Below are positions 1-8,597 of a DNA stretch of 64,000 bases, piece by piece; the first letter of the stretch is position 1, and each line of letters begins with the position of its first letter. The stretch lies in NCBI GenBank assembly GCA_900545445.1, contig UQZH01000003.1, positions 9,638 through 73,637 of the forward strand, in the 5' to 3' direction. This DNA comes from an uncultured Collinsella sp. GTDB taxonomy: Bacteria > Actinomycetota > Coriobacteriia > Coriobacteriales > Coriobacteriaceae. The notes below the pieces were generated by a model. The model was not told the DNA's origin and searched no databases. It worked only from the letters and a program-made list of their open reading frames with translations. Made by a program: the position numbers and the translations under genes.

Positions 1-223
1 GCTCATTCGTCGACGTCTAAATGCAAATCCGTCAAGCTTTTGGCAAGGTTGCCGCTCAACTGACCAAAAGCTGACCATGCACTTGCCCATTTGCTTGACG
101 GCACGCCCCCGCCAAAATGCTCCGCGACTTCTCGGGCGGTCGAAGCGCTCGTTTAGCGACCACACACCCGCCGCTGGGGTATCCTTGGAGCACATGCACC
201 GCAAGCCACACAAAGGAGCCGCC

Positions 224-922
224 ATGCGCACCGAGCTCGATGTTCCCTTTTCGCACAAAGACGAGGCCAAGGCCCTGGGCGCCAAGTGGGACCGGGTCAA
301 GAAGATCTGGTACGTGCCCGATGGCGTCAACCCCGAGCCCTTTGCCGCGTGGCTGCCCGGCGTGGATCGCTCCGACCCCAGCGCGCCCTACATCTACCTG
401 GTGCTGGGCAAGCGCGAATGTTGGAAGTGTCACGAGCAGACGACGGTCGCGGCCTTTGGCATTCCGTATTGGGCGGCCGAGGACTCGGGCAGCAAGGCTA
501 CGCCCAGCGCTGCGCCCGCCATGGACGACGCGGGCCACATCGTGATCGACACCGCCCGCGCCAACGCCATAGCCATCGTTCCCGCGCTGGGCTGCGTGCC
601 GGCCGAGATCCGCGACTACCTGCGCGAGCGCTGCGGCTACAAGCCCGTAACGTCGCGCACCACCAAGGCCGTATCGCTCGCCAGCACCTGCACCGGCTGC
701 GGCGCGCTGCAAGGCAGCCATTACCTGTTCGAGGAGCCCACGTCGCCGTTTGCGCTCACGGCCATCAACAAGCTGCCCGCGCTGGAGTTCGTGCGCGTGG
801 AAGTCGCTGGCGTCTATGGCATCCCCGCCACCAAAGGCGACTTTGACCAGGCACTCTTCACCTGGGCATGCGGCCACCACACCCAGTTCCACAAGACCCT
901 GTTCGAGGGGATTTACCTGTAG
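224..922 (+). CDS. DUF5710-like domain hypothetical protein
   Basis: N-terminal block MRTELDVPFSHKDEAKALGAKWD...KIWYVPDG resembles DUF5710. AAAGGAG RBS precedes the ATG at 224. The ORF track extends to 77 but has no RBS there. The overlapping antisense ORF 56..997 is judged spurious. Confidence 0.5.
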   Translation: MRTELDVPFSHKDEAKALGAKWDRVKKIWYVPDGVNPEPFAAWLPGVDRSDPSAPYIYLVLGKRECWKCHEQTTVAAFGIPYWAAEDSGSKATPSAAPAMDDAGHIVIDTARANAIAIVPALGCVPAEIRDYLRERCGYKPVTSRTTKAVSLASTCTGCGALQGSHYLFEEPTSPFALTAINKLPALEFVRVEVAGVYGIPATKGDFDQALFTWACGHHTQFHKTLFEGIYL

Positions 923-929
923 GGCAAAG

Positions 930-998
930 CTCGAAAATCGAGTCCAGATTTCCTCGAAAATCGAGTGTGAAAATCCTCGTAAATCGAGTATGCGCAAG
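930..998. repeat. Three exact-period tandem 23-bp repeats, each starting with palindrome CTCGAAAATCGAG (third copy CTCGTAAATCGAG)
   Basis: Seen directly: units begin at 930, 953 and 976, immediately 3' of the DUF5710 ORF stop. Confidence 0.7.
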
Positions 999-1160
999 TA
1001 GCCGAATTGCCAACTCGAAGGCTACAGCCCCAGAATGTGCTCCAGATAGCCCTTATTGAACCAGAACGACTGCCTGGTCATGTCACCGGCGTACCCCACC
1101 GCATCGGCGAGGCCATGGTTGCGGTGTACGGGCTATAGCCGAACCAATATTGATATAAAC

Positions 1161-1205
1161 AAGACGAGGGCCAGTTCAAACCTGAACTGGCCCTCGTCTT
1201 TTATC
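1161..1205. terminator. Bidirectional rho-independent terminator (18-bp stem AAGACGAGGGCCAGTTCA/TGAACTGGCCCTCGTCTT, followed by T-run)
   Basis: Perfect inverted repeat with a 4-nt loop and flanking A/T runs, between convergent genes 224..922 and 1228..2178. Confidence 0.7.
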
Positions 1206-1227
1206 AAAGTTGCTAGCAGCGTTTACA

Positions 1228-2178
1228 CTACTTTGAATCAGCTACGATGCCAACCAAGCTGACCGTTACGTCAAAGGTCGGGCTTCCTTCGCCCACATCG
1301 AGGCCAGACATATTCTGACAATCGCTGTCGGTGCCTTCCATCCAAACGACAACTTTCATGTTCGTGCCGTTGTAATCGACGTTCGAAGCGACCTTTTGCG
1401 CGTTGCCGCTCGGCCTAATGTAGCCTTCGCCCGCTTTCGTGGCACCCCAGTTATTGCCGTTTTGATCGAGCGAATCGGTGCCAGAAAGATGCAAATACGT
1501 AGGGGCAACAACCTCGTTCAGAGATTCAGAGTTGACACACGACCAACCTGCAACGGTAGTCACATCGTTGCCCGTATCGGCTGTCGAGGGAGCAGCTGGC
1601 GCATAGACAACGCGCAGCTCGCCGTTAATTACAATGCCCACGCGCAGGCTGTCTTTGATTTTGTCGAACCATTTCTGCGTGCCGCCATGCTGCGTAATCG
1701 TTATGAGCGAGCCGTTGCTCGCATCCAAATACACGTCGGCAACGCCGGTGTTCGCCACGGTATACAGCGTGTAATTCGCAACGGTGAATGCATAGTAATC
1801 GTTGCCTTGAATAGTGTACTTGCCGGGATTCTCACCCGAAATGGATGTGTCGACCTTTTGATAGGTGCTCACATTAACGCCCTGCCAGCCTTGGGGAACG
1901 CACCAGTTTTTGGCATCATTCGTCGATGACGGGCTAATCTCGTGACCGGTTGCGGAAGCGACCGTGGAGGTGTCGGAGCCGTGGTCGGGCATGTCGCCCT
2001 CAACGATTTGGAGTACCATGCCATTCGCTTGAGCGGAAATGGTGCTCGTAGTTGCATGAACCCTACTATTGGAGACAAACCAAGCGTAGGTGGTTGCAGA
2101 GAGCGCCACCGCCGAGACGACGACGGTCAATGCCGCCCCAATGAGCTGGATCTTGAGCTTCTTTACCGAATCATGCAT
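1228..2178 (-). CDS. Secreted protein with SipW/TasA-type signal peptide (TasA/camelysin-like), paralog 1
   Basis: GAAGGGAGG RBS. N-terminal K-rich region, hydrophobic helix, then ATTYAWFVSN (compare GGTFAFFSD of TasA/CalY signal peptides). Shares TISAQ.N, LRV...Y and VW.EG.D..C blocks with 2267..3031 and 3989..5116. Confidence 0.55.
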   Translation of the reverse strand: MHDSVKKLKIQLIGAALTVVVSAVALSATTYAWFVSNSRVHATTSTISAQANGMVLQIVEGDMPDHGSDTSTVASATGHEISPSSTNDAKNWCVPQGWQGVNVSTYQKVDTSISGENPGKYTIQGNDYYAFTVANYTLYTVANTGVADVYLDASNGSLITITQHGGTQKWFDKIKDSLRVGIVINGELRVVYAPAAPSTADTGNDVTTVAGWSCVNSESLNEVVAPTYLHLSGTDSLDQNGNNWGATKAGEGYIRPSGNAQKVASNVDYNGTNMKVVVWMEGTDSDCQNMSGLDVGEGSPTFDVTVSLVGIVADSK

Positions 2179-2266
2179 AACCGTCGCCTCCCTTCGTTAA
2201 GAAATAGGGCAGAATCCCGGACTGGGAGCCTGCCCTCATTTTCAACCTAACGCAATCAATCCAATG

Positions 2267-3031
2267 CTACTTGTTCTGGGCATCAGCCGTAAACTGAACA
2301 GTGATGTTCTTCGTGGACGTGAGCTGCTTCAGATTGTTCGTATAAATCTGGTCGTCCGAGCCCTCGTAGAAGAGATAAAGATCAACTTCCGTATTCACAT
2401 CATGGGTAACATCTTCGGCCAAAACTCCCGCAGCCGCTCCAGAGCCATACTTGAAGGTGCCGTTAACGTCGTAAACCTCCCAATGAGTCTCATCGACATA
2501 GACAAGGACACGAAGGGCAGAATTGAGCTTGGAATCAGAAGTGGTCTTTCCAGCCGTAACGCTGTGAACCTGCAGGTTCTTAAGATCTTGGCCGCGAGAA
2601 GAAATATTAAATACTTCTTTCACCGCATACTCGCCCGCGACGGCATCATCCAACGAGCCTGTACCGTTTACAAGCTGAAGACCATCCGAATTCACCATGT
2701 AACCATCAGCGGTTACCTTCTGACCATACCCGTACGCAAACTTGCCCTTAGGCGCAGCTTCAGTTGGATTCTCGCCAAAAGTTGCCGGATAAAGGCCCTT
2801 TTGTGCGTCATCAGTTGCCGTGTCTTCGGTGCTGTTAACGCCCACGGCAGAGTCCTTGTACTTAATCGTCATAAATGCGGCGTTTGACTGAGCGGAAATA
2901 GTGTTCGTGTTCGCCGTGACGGTATTGTTCGTCACAAACCATGCGAACGTGGCGGAGCCGAGGGCTACGGCTGCCACGAGGACCATGGCGATGGCGGCGC
3001 CCATCTGCTTCTTTAATGCTTTGGTATCCAT
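2267..3031 (-). CDS. Secreted protein with SipW/TasA-type signal peptide (TasA/camelysin-like), paralog 2
   Basis: Start at MDTKALKK with an AAAGG RBS; the ORF track has a longer N-terminus without RBS. Signal region ...ALGSATFAWFVTNNTVTANTNTISAQ. Paralogous to 1228..2178. Confidence 0.55.
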   Translation of the reverse strand: MDTKALKKQMGAAIAMVLVAAVALGSATFAWFVTNNTVTANTNTISAQSNAAFMTIKYKDSAVGVNSTEDTATDDAQKGLYPATFGENPTEAAPKGKFAYGYGQKVTADGYMVNSDGLQLVNGTGSLDDAVAGEYAVKEVFNISSRGQDLKNLQVHSVTAGKTTSDSKLNSALRVLVYVDETHWEVYDVNGTFKYGSGAAAGVLAEDVTHDVNTEVDLYLFYEGSDDQIYTNNLKQLTSTKNITVQFTADAQNK

Positions 3032-3427
3032 GCGGACCCCTTTCTTTCCCCATTCATCCCAGATGACCCTCGAGAAGCCCGGAAGGGGAGCCCGCGCTTT
3101 CGTGTTGGATGTTGCTTGCCCATCCTTTAGACATGGAATGAAGAATACCATAATTCTTACGATTTCCTTATGAGTTTTCGGCAGTCTACATTCCGGCAGA
3201 TTCATAGGTCTACCTCGGGTTATATGTGGTGCTTTGTGAACATCGTTTACCTTATTTGATCTCTCTCCCGCAAAGCCGTAAGTCCCTCTTAAGCCTTGCG
3301 ACCGCAGTGCTACGCCATCGCATACATTCACCCTCCGCCGAGCTTCGCTCTAGCCCTTTCCCACTGCTATATTGGTGTGGCACGTGTCATTTTTGCCTGC
3401 TAAACGGGCTATTTGTTGGGAGGGCCC

Positions 3428-3940
3428 ATGCCTGCCGTCAATCAACCCAAGGGAAGCGTTTCCACCGGATCGATCAAGCCGGTGACGCGCAAAGCCGTTC
3501 GCTGTCAGCGCGAAGTCGCCTGGCTGGTCACGCAGGCGGCCGGCAAGCTCGTCGCCACCACCGACGACGTCAACGCGCCCACGCCCAGCTTTGTGCTGGC
3601 GGCGGCATTGTCGTACACCCGCAAGCAGGAGCAGGCCGCTCAGGACAACGGACACGCGATTGACCACGAGGTCATCATGGGCCCCGACCTTGCGAGCTTT
3701 TGTCAGGCTGCGGGGCTGCCCGCAGCGCCCAACGCGCTTTCGGACGCGGGCTACATGTTCACGCTCTCGGGCGCGGACCTCATCCGCGACCTCTACGCCT
3801 ACTGTGGCGGCCTGGGCGAACGCATGGGAGACGCGGCGCAGGTCAAACCGGGCTACGCGATCAAACTCGCGCTGCGACTGTTCTTGCTGGACGCCGCCGC
3901 TGGCGACGTCACCTTCCCCAAAGACAACGCCTCCACATAA
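3428..3940 (+). CDS. Hypothetical protein (no recognisable domain)
   Basis: ATG at 3428 preceded by GGGAGGG. Protein-like composition, unlike the arginine-rich antisense ORF 3350..3943. Ends at a strong terminator. Confidence 0.45.
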   Translation: MPAVNQPKGSVSTGSIKPVTRKAVRCQREVAWLVTQAAGKLVATTDDVNAPTPSFVLAAALSYTRKQEQAAQDNGHAIDHEVIMGPDLASFCQAAGLPAAPNALSDAGYMFTLSGADLIRDLYAYCGGLGERMGDAAQVKPGYAIKLALRLFLLDAAAGDVTFPKDNAST

Positions 3941-3944
3941 CAAA

Positions 3945-3990
3945 AGCGCCGGGCCAGGAAATCAATCCTGGCCCGGCGCTTCTTCGTTCT
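3945..3990. terminator. Bidirectional terminator hairpin AGCGCCGGGCCAGG...CTGGCCCGGCGCT
   Basis: 13-14-bp GC stem with T-rich flanks, between convergent genes 3428..3940 and 3989..5116. Confidence 0.7.
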
Positions 3991-5116
3991 ACTTGTCCCC
4001 GTCCCCTGCGGGCGAGTTCTTTTGGTTGCGGCGATTACTCCAAGTCACGTTGTGTTCCTTGTAGTAATCGGGCGCCTCGTTGCCGCTCGCGCTAATGGGG
4101 TCGTTGCCGGTGAGGGTATCGGCAATATCCTGCACGAACTTAACGAACAGGCTCGAATCGTCGGTATCGGACGAATCGAAGTCAAAGCCGAACTCCACCG
4201 CGCCGCCGATGATCTTGTCCACGCACTCCGGGTCGTCGCCATCCAACCAAATGACCACAGTGTATTTGTCCACATCGCCCACGCGGAAGTTTTTGTGGCT
4301 GATAGTCGTCACCACGTCTTTGGACGCAAACGGCTCGGTGTTGGGCTCGGGGTTGCCGTCGGTCGCGGCAGCCGCGTAGGTGGTGGGCTCGCCATTGCGA
4401 TACACCCTCACGCGCGCGGCCTTCTCCACGCCCTTGCTAGCGCTGACCACCTTGAGCTTAGCACTGTAGCCCAGATCGGTCTTGCCGGCGTTGCGGATAT
4501 AGAAGGTGTACGCCACGTAGTTCTTGCCGTTGTGGCTGCCGTCGATATCGTCCAGATTGTCGGGCAGGTCCTCAGCGGCGATATTGGTGCCGTTGTCCAA
4601 GGCGTCGGCGGCCAGGCGCGCGGTGGCGTTGTTAAAGTCACCGTTGTCGGCAATGGCCACGCCGCGACGGAACAGCTCCAGGCGGTTGAGGTTGATGGTG
4701 AAGTTACCCATGTTTTCCTGCATAAACGACAGGGCGAACAGCACGCCAAAGGCAAGCGTCAGCACCACGAGGGCCTTTTGCAGCTTGTCCATGCGCAGCA
4801 GCGCCGCGCCGATGCGCTCCATGCGGCGCTTGGGCATATACATGGATACGACCGCGTCGGGGTCGATGTCATCGAGGTCCTGGTCGGCCAGCGCCTGCTC
4901 CAACTCCTCGATGCGCACCACACCGCGGAGGTTGCGTTTGGGCTTGGGCTTGCCGAAGCGCTTGCGGGAGGCGGGAGCCTGCTCGGGCGCGGAATCCTCG
5001 CCGGGCGTGTCCTCGGCATTGGCGCCGGGTGCGTCCTGCGACGCGTCCTCTGCCTGGCCCTCGGCCAAATCCTCGGCAGCTTGATCTTTGTTGTCGTTAC
5101 GCTTGAACAGAGCCAT
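3989..5116 (-). CDS. Membrane-anchored TasA-like protein, paralog 3, with a ~110-aa acidic/basic cytoplasmic N-terminal tail
   Basis: N-terminal D/E/P/A-rich low-complexity region plus a KRR patch, then TM segment KALVVLTLAFGVLFALSF, then an ectodomain sharing ARVRVYRNGE and YTVVIWLDGDDPEC blocks with paralogs 1/2. The ATG lies 5 nt after the TGA stop of the PilZ gene. Confidence 0.6.
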   Translation of the reverse strand: MALFKRNDNKDQAAEDLAEGQAEDASQDAPGANAEDTPGEDSAPEQAPASRKRFGKPKPKRNLRGVVRIEELEQALADQDLDDIDPDAVVSMYMPKRRMERIGAALLRMDKLQKALVVLTLAFGVLFALSFMQENMGNFTINLNRLELFRRGVAIADNGDFNNATARLAADALDNGTNIAAEDLPDNLDDIDGSHNGKNYVAYTFYIRNAGKTDLGYSAKLKVVSASKGVEKAARVRVYRNGEPTTYAAAATDGNPEPNTEPFASKDVVTTISHKNFRVGDVDKYTVVIWLDGDDPECVDKIIGGAVEFGFDFDSSDTDDSSLFVKFVQDIADTLTGNDPISASGNEAPDYYKEHNVTWSNRRNQKNSPAGDGDK

Positions 5117-5121
5117 GGCGA

Positions 5122-5787
5122 TCAGATCTTATATTTCGTGCGGATGTAGCCGACGTATTCTTTGACGAGCTCGCGTTCCATGTCGTCGGCGTAGCGGAAC
5201 TGCAGGCCGCAGACGTTGCGATACAGGCTGCCCTTGGGCGCGCGGCGCACCCAGCACACAATGCCCAGCTGCTCGGGCAGCTCGTGGCGCTCGCCCTGCA
5301 GACGGATCGTGGGCATTTGCACGGCCAGGGCCTCGCCCACGTCGGGGTAATCGTTGAGGTAAATAGCCAGACCGCCGGCCGAGACGTCGATGGTCATGGC
5401 GTCCTCGGGCTCGGGGGTCGGCGCGTTGTCGCGCTGGTAGTTCAGGCGCATGGCGACCTTAAAACGCTCGTCGCGGCGCTTAACGAAGGTGCGCTGCTCG
5501 GCGACTTTGCGCATTTTCCAGTAGGTGCGGATACCCTTTTTCTCGACTGCCTCGGGATAGCCGGCGAGCACGAACGTCTCCTCGCCCACTTTGTATTGCA
5601 GCAGGAGCTTTTGGTTTTCGTCCATGATGAGCGGCTTGCCGGCGAGCATGGGAGCGCTCATAAGAAAGTACGCCTCGTCCAGGTTCTCTTTGAACGTGGA
5701 GAGCATGTTGAAGTCGGTTTTTTGCCCCATGGGCACGTCGAATGCCACCTGAAGCTTAGTCCCCGGCGTTATCTGTTGCTCTGCCAT
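5122..5787 (-). CDS. YcgR/MotI-like c-di-GMP receptor (PilZN + PilZ domains)
   Basis: RxxxR motif (KRRDERFK) followed ~30 aa later by DVSAGGLAI (D.S.GG), the PilZ signature. The N-terminal half is YcgR-N-like. AGGGGAG RBS before MAEQQ. Confidence 0.75.
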   Translation of the reverse strand: MAEQQITPGTKLQVAFDVPMGQKTDFNMLSTFKENLDEAYFLMSAPMLAGKPLIMDENQKLLLQYKVGEETFVLAGYPEAVEKKGIRTYWKMRKVAEQRTFVKRRDERFKVAMRLNYQRDNAPTPEPEDAMTIDVSAGGLAIYLNDYPDVGEALAVQMPTIRLQGERHELPEQLGIVCWVRRAPKGSLYRNVCGLQFRYADDMERELVKEYVGYIRTKYKI

Positions 5788-5915
5788 GTATTCTCCCCTA
5801 GTCGCGGGCGCCGATATCATCGTCGTGCGCGATGCACATTGGGCTATTGTAACTGCTTTGCCGCAGGTTTCGATGTGCGGTGCGCGAAATGGCGGGATGT
5901 GAGGCGCAGGGGCCG

Positions 5916-7397
5916 CTAGTGCAGCTGCTTTGCGCGCTCCGACAGTCGATATTTACGGTTGCGGCTTGTCGCCGACGCCGTAGGTTCAAGCTCGCCCTGC
6001 GCGATGAGCGTATTGACGCGCGTCCTAACCTGGGAGACGGTGAGTCCCGTGCATTCTGCCAGTTCGCGCGTTCCCAACTCGTCATAGCGCTTGAGGGCCG
6101 CCATGATCAGGTCCCCGCCATGATCGACCTGCTCAACCTTCGCTCGGTAAAGGACAACCTTAAACCGGTCGAAACCCGGGCAAAACAACGGCTCGGCCAG
6201 ACCTTGCGCACGCATGGCATCGAGCATCATTGGAATGCCCGACCCGTTGCCTTCGGCAGAAGAGCCCGCGCCGTCGGGCAATGGGACAAGCGACATGAGC
6301 TTCACAAGCGTCGCATTGCGACATCGGGAGCTGCCGTCAAACAGGTTCTCGCGAGTCTTTCCTCCGTATAGGCCGCCGGGGTTCGTCACTTCGATACGGT
6401 CATCAAAGACGTCAACAGCGATCGACTGCCCACAGAACCGGTCTCCGTATTCTCGGTGGATTACGGCGTTGGCAATTGCCTCGCGCAGGACCTCCTCGGG
6501 AATCTCCAGCGAGTCGACACGCGAGACGCCTTTGATCATCGAGGTTCGTCGCAAATTCTTGGCGACCGCCGCGACGGCATCCGAGATCATTTCACCCAAC
6601 GTCCCCTCGCAGATCGTACGGTCCATGAACCTCAACGACCCCGCCGCGCCCTTCTGCGTTCCGGCATAGACCGCCACATCGATAAAGAGCTTGGGGTAGA
6701 ACTGCTGAGGATAGGCGCCCGCAACCAGGAGTCCGGCCTTAGTCACGTTGCCTTGGGAGTCGAGGAAATTCAGACGCTCCATCTTTGTCTTCTTGTCCGT
6801 CGCACCGTGCATCGCTCGAGGCGTCAACGAATAAGCACGCTCTATCGTGCGGTCGACCAGCGACTCGTCGAGATCGCCCACGCTCGCGCAGGACACCGCA
6901 TCGCGATCGCTAGGGCTCGTCCGTTCGTATGACGACAGCGCCAAAACCTCGGTCGACGAAAGCGGCACGTCTTTGTCATCGATGCGCTTGTAGCTACCGC
7001 CCTGGGCGCCCCGCTCTATGACATAACAAGGCTTGCTCGACGGGTCGAGCTCCTCGATCGTGATGACGAGAACAACGGTACCCCGAAGCTCCACGCGCTC
7101 AATGGTGTATTTGGGCGGATTGGCCAGCTTTCCGCGACCGCCGGCATCACCCATGCCCGCTACGAATTGGTTGAGCACCTTCTCGGTCTCAAAGTTCTCA
7201 ACCGGGACAAAGCCCGCGCGCTCGCTCACGCCGAGCACGATAATTCCGCCGGCAGTATTCGCGAATGCGCTAACCGTTTCCCATACGTCGCGAGAAAGCG
7301 TCGTGGCGCTCTCCTTGACCTCGACGTTAAGATCGTCCGAGCCCATGCGCCTTAAAGACTCGAGCAGACCGGTCAGCTCGTTTTCGTTCATCTGCAT
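5916..7397 (-). CDS. AlbA_2 (Schlafen-like) + HATPase_c_4 + C-terminal wHTH putative ATP-binding transcriptional regulator
   Basis: N-terminal divergent-AAA/AlbA_2 block (AFANTAGGIIVLGV), central GHKL-like block (NAVIHREYG...EVTNPGGL), C-terminal HTH (LAECTGLTVSQVRTRVNTL). GAAAGGA RBS. Confidence 0.75.
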   Translation of the reverse strand: MQMNENELTGLLESLRRMGSDDLNVEVKESATTLSRDVWETVSAFANTAGGIIVLGVSERAGFVPVENFETEKVLNQFVAGMGDAGGRGKLANPPKYTIERVELRGTVVLVITIEELDPSSKPCYVIERGAQGGSYKRIDDKDVPLSSTEVLALSSYERTSPSDRDAVSCASVGDLDESLVDRTIERAYSLTPRAMHGATDKKTKMERLNFLDSQGNVTKAGLLVAGAYPQQFYPKLFIDVAVYAGTQKGAAGSLRFMDRTICEGTLGEMISDAVAAVAKNLRRTSMIKGVSRVDSLEIPEEVLREAIANAVIHREYGDRFCGQSIAVDVFDDRIEVTNPGGLYGGKTRENLFDGSSRCRNATLVKLMSLVPLPDGAGSSAEGNGSGIPMMLDAMRAQGLAEPLFCPGFDRFKVVLYRAKVEQVDHGGDLIMAALKRYDELGTRELAECTGLTVSQVRTRVNTLIAQGELEPTASATSRNRKYRLSERAKQLH

Positions 7398-7435
7398 GTC
7401 CTTTCACTCGGCCCGGCGGAGAATGCCGCGAATAG

Positions 7436-7690
7436 ATTTCCTTCGTCTCTCAGTTATCTCTCGTAATTATCTCTCATCTTACTGCTATCTCTCATATTAG
7501 AGATAATTGAGAGATGAAAGATAAGATGTCTGCCATCTGTTTCATGTAAACATGTTTTTGCTGGCAGAACAATCAGTATTGAGACAATACCATGATTGCT
7601 TGTCTCTTTGCTGCTCAGTTATCTCTCATATTTATCTCTCATCTTTCTGTTATCTCTCGTATTAGTGACGAATGAGAGATGAGAGATACG
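7436..7690. repeat. Two ~85-bp tandem elements, each with three direct TTATCTCTCRT boxes followed by inverted GAGAGATGA boxes (iteron-like array)
   Basis: Seen directly: unit 1 at ~7436-7527 and unit 2 at ~7604-7690, separated by ~80 bp. They sit in the promoter region of 5916..7397. Related motifs (CTCTTTGCTG, TCTATCTCTCATCT) recur at 17911-17962. Confidence 0.7.
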
Positions 7691-7821
7691 TGAGTGATGC
7701 ATGGGCGTGGATTTTTGGACGGTCGGAAAATCCCTCAAACAAAAAACGGGGCCGGCCTTACGCCGAGCCCCGTTTTCAAACGGTCAGTTAGTTATCCGAC
7801 GCGCGAGCATAGCAGTCAACA

Positions 7822-8478
7822 TTACGCCGCTGCGAACACTCCCAAGCCCGTTCCGATGATGCAAATCGCAAAGATGCCCAAGATGATCCAAATGGTCTTG
7901 ACGCCCTTTTTGTACAGGGCGACGCAGGCAAAGGTTGCCAGCAAGGGCAGCAGACCGGGGAAGATCGAATCGAACAGATCCTGCAGGACAATCTCCGAAC
8001 CACCCACGTCAAAGGTCAAAGCAGTGGACAGCGAGACCTGTGCCGCAATCATGGCGCCGATAACGGTCATTCCGAGGACACCGGCAGCATGCGTCATGCG
8101 AGACATAAGGTTGTTCTCTTCGGACTGCTGCAGGAACTTGGTTCCCAGGTCGTAACCCAGATGGGCTGCGACGATACGCGTTGCAAAGTTAATCACGGAG
8201 TAGAGAAGGAAGACGGAGACGGGAGGGACGAGCGCGACGGCAGTTGCCGTGCCCGTACCCGTAATGACGGCAAACGCGCAGCCAAGCACGCCGGAGGCAT
8301 AGACCTCGGGAGGAACCGCCGCGCCGACCATGATGGCGCCCATGAACATGGACTCCAAAGCAGCGCCGACGATAACGCCCTGCTGGACATCGCCAAGGAT
8401 CAAGCCGACAAACAGGCTCGTAAACAGCGGACGACCAAGCATCGTAATGCCAAATGCTTGCTCGTCCATAGACGCCAT
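7822..8478 (-). pseudogene. Orphan, N-terminally truncated PTS mannose-family IIC remnant
   Basis: Aligns to the IIC proteins at 12510..13295 and 36126..36920 but lacks ~12-15 N-terminal residues (first half-TM) and the acidic C-terminal tail. No RBS (CCTCCT antisense motif upstream) and no IID/IIA/IIB partners. It follows a terminator hairpin. Confidence 0.5.
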
Positions 8479-8537
8479 AATGCGACCAGCGCAACTAGGA
8501 GGTACTGGGCAACTATTCTGATTAACCCCAGAAATAA

Positions 8538-8576
8538 GCCTGCAGGCGAGACGTTCGGAACAGCTCGCCTGCAGGC
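8538..8576. terminator. Hairpin GCCTGCAGGCGAG-N13-CTCGCCTGCAGGC
   Basis: Perfect 13-bp stem immediately 3' of SIS gene copy 1 (minus strand). Confidence 0.6.
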
Positions 8577-8597
8577 AACAGCAGCAATTTGAGAGGA

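Noticed and set aside
56-997. 313-aa minus-strand ORF overlapping the DUF5710 gene
   Set aside because: Arg/Gly/Ala/Val-rich low-complexity translation typical of antisense frames in high-GC DNA. No RBS. The plus-strand frame carries a recognisable domain.
7436-7690. Possible CRISPR array
   Set aside because: The repeats (TTATCTCTCRT) are 11 bp, irregularly spaced and partly inverted. There are no uniform 28-37-bp repeats with unique spacers and no cas genes.
7694-8155. 153-aa plus-strand ORF inside the IIC remnant region
   Set aside because: Antisense to a sequence with clear IIC homology; composition typical of an artifact.
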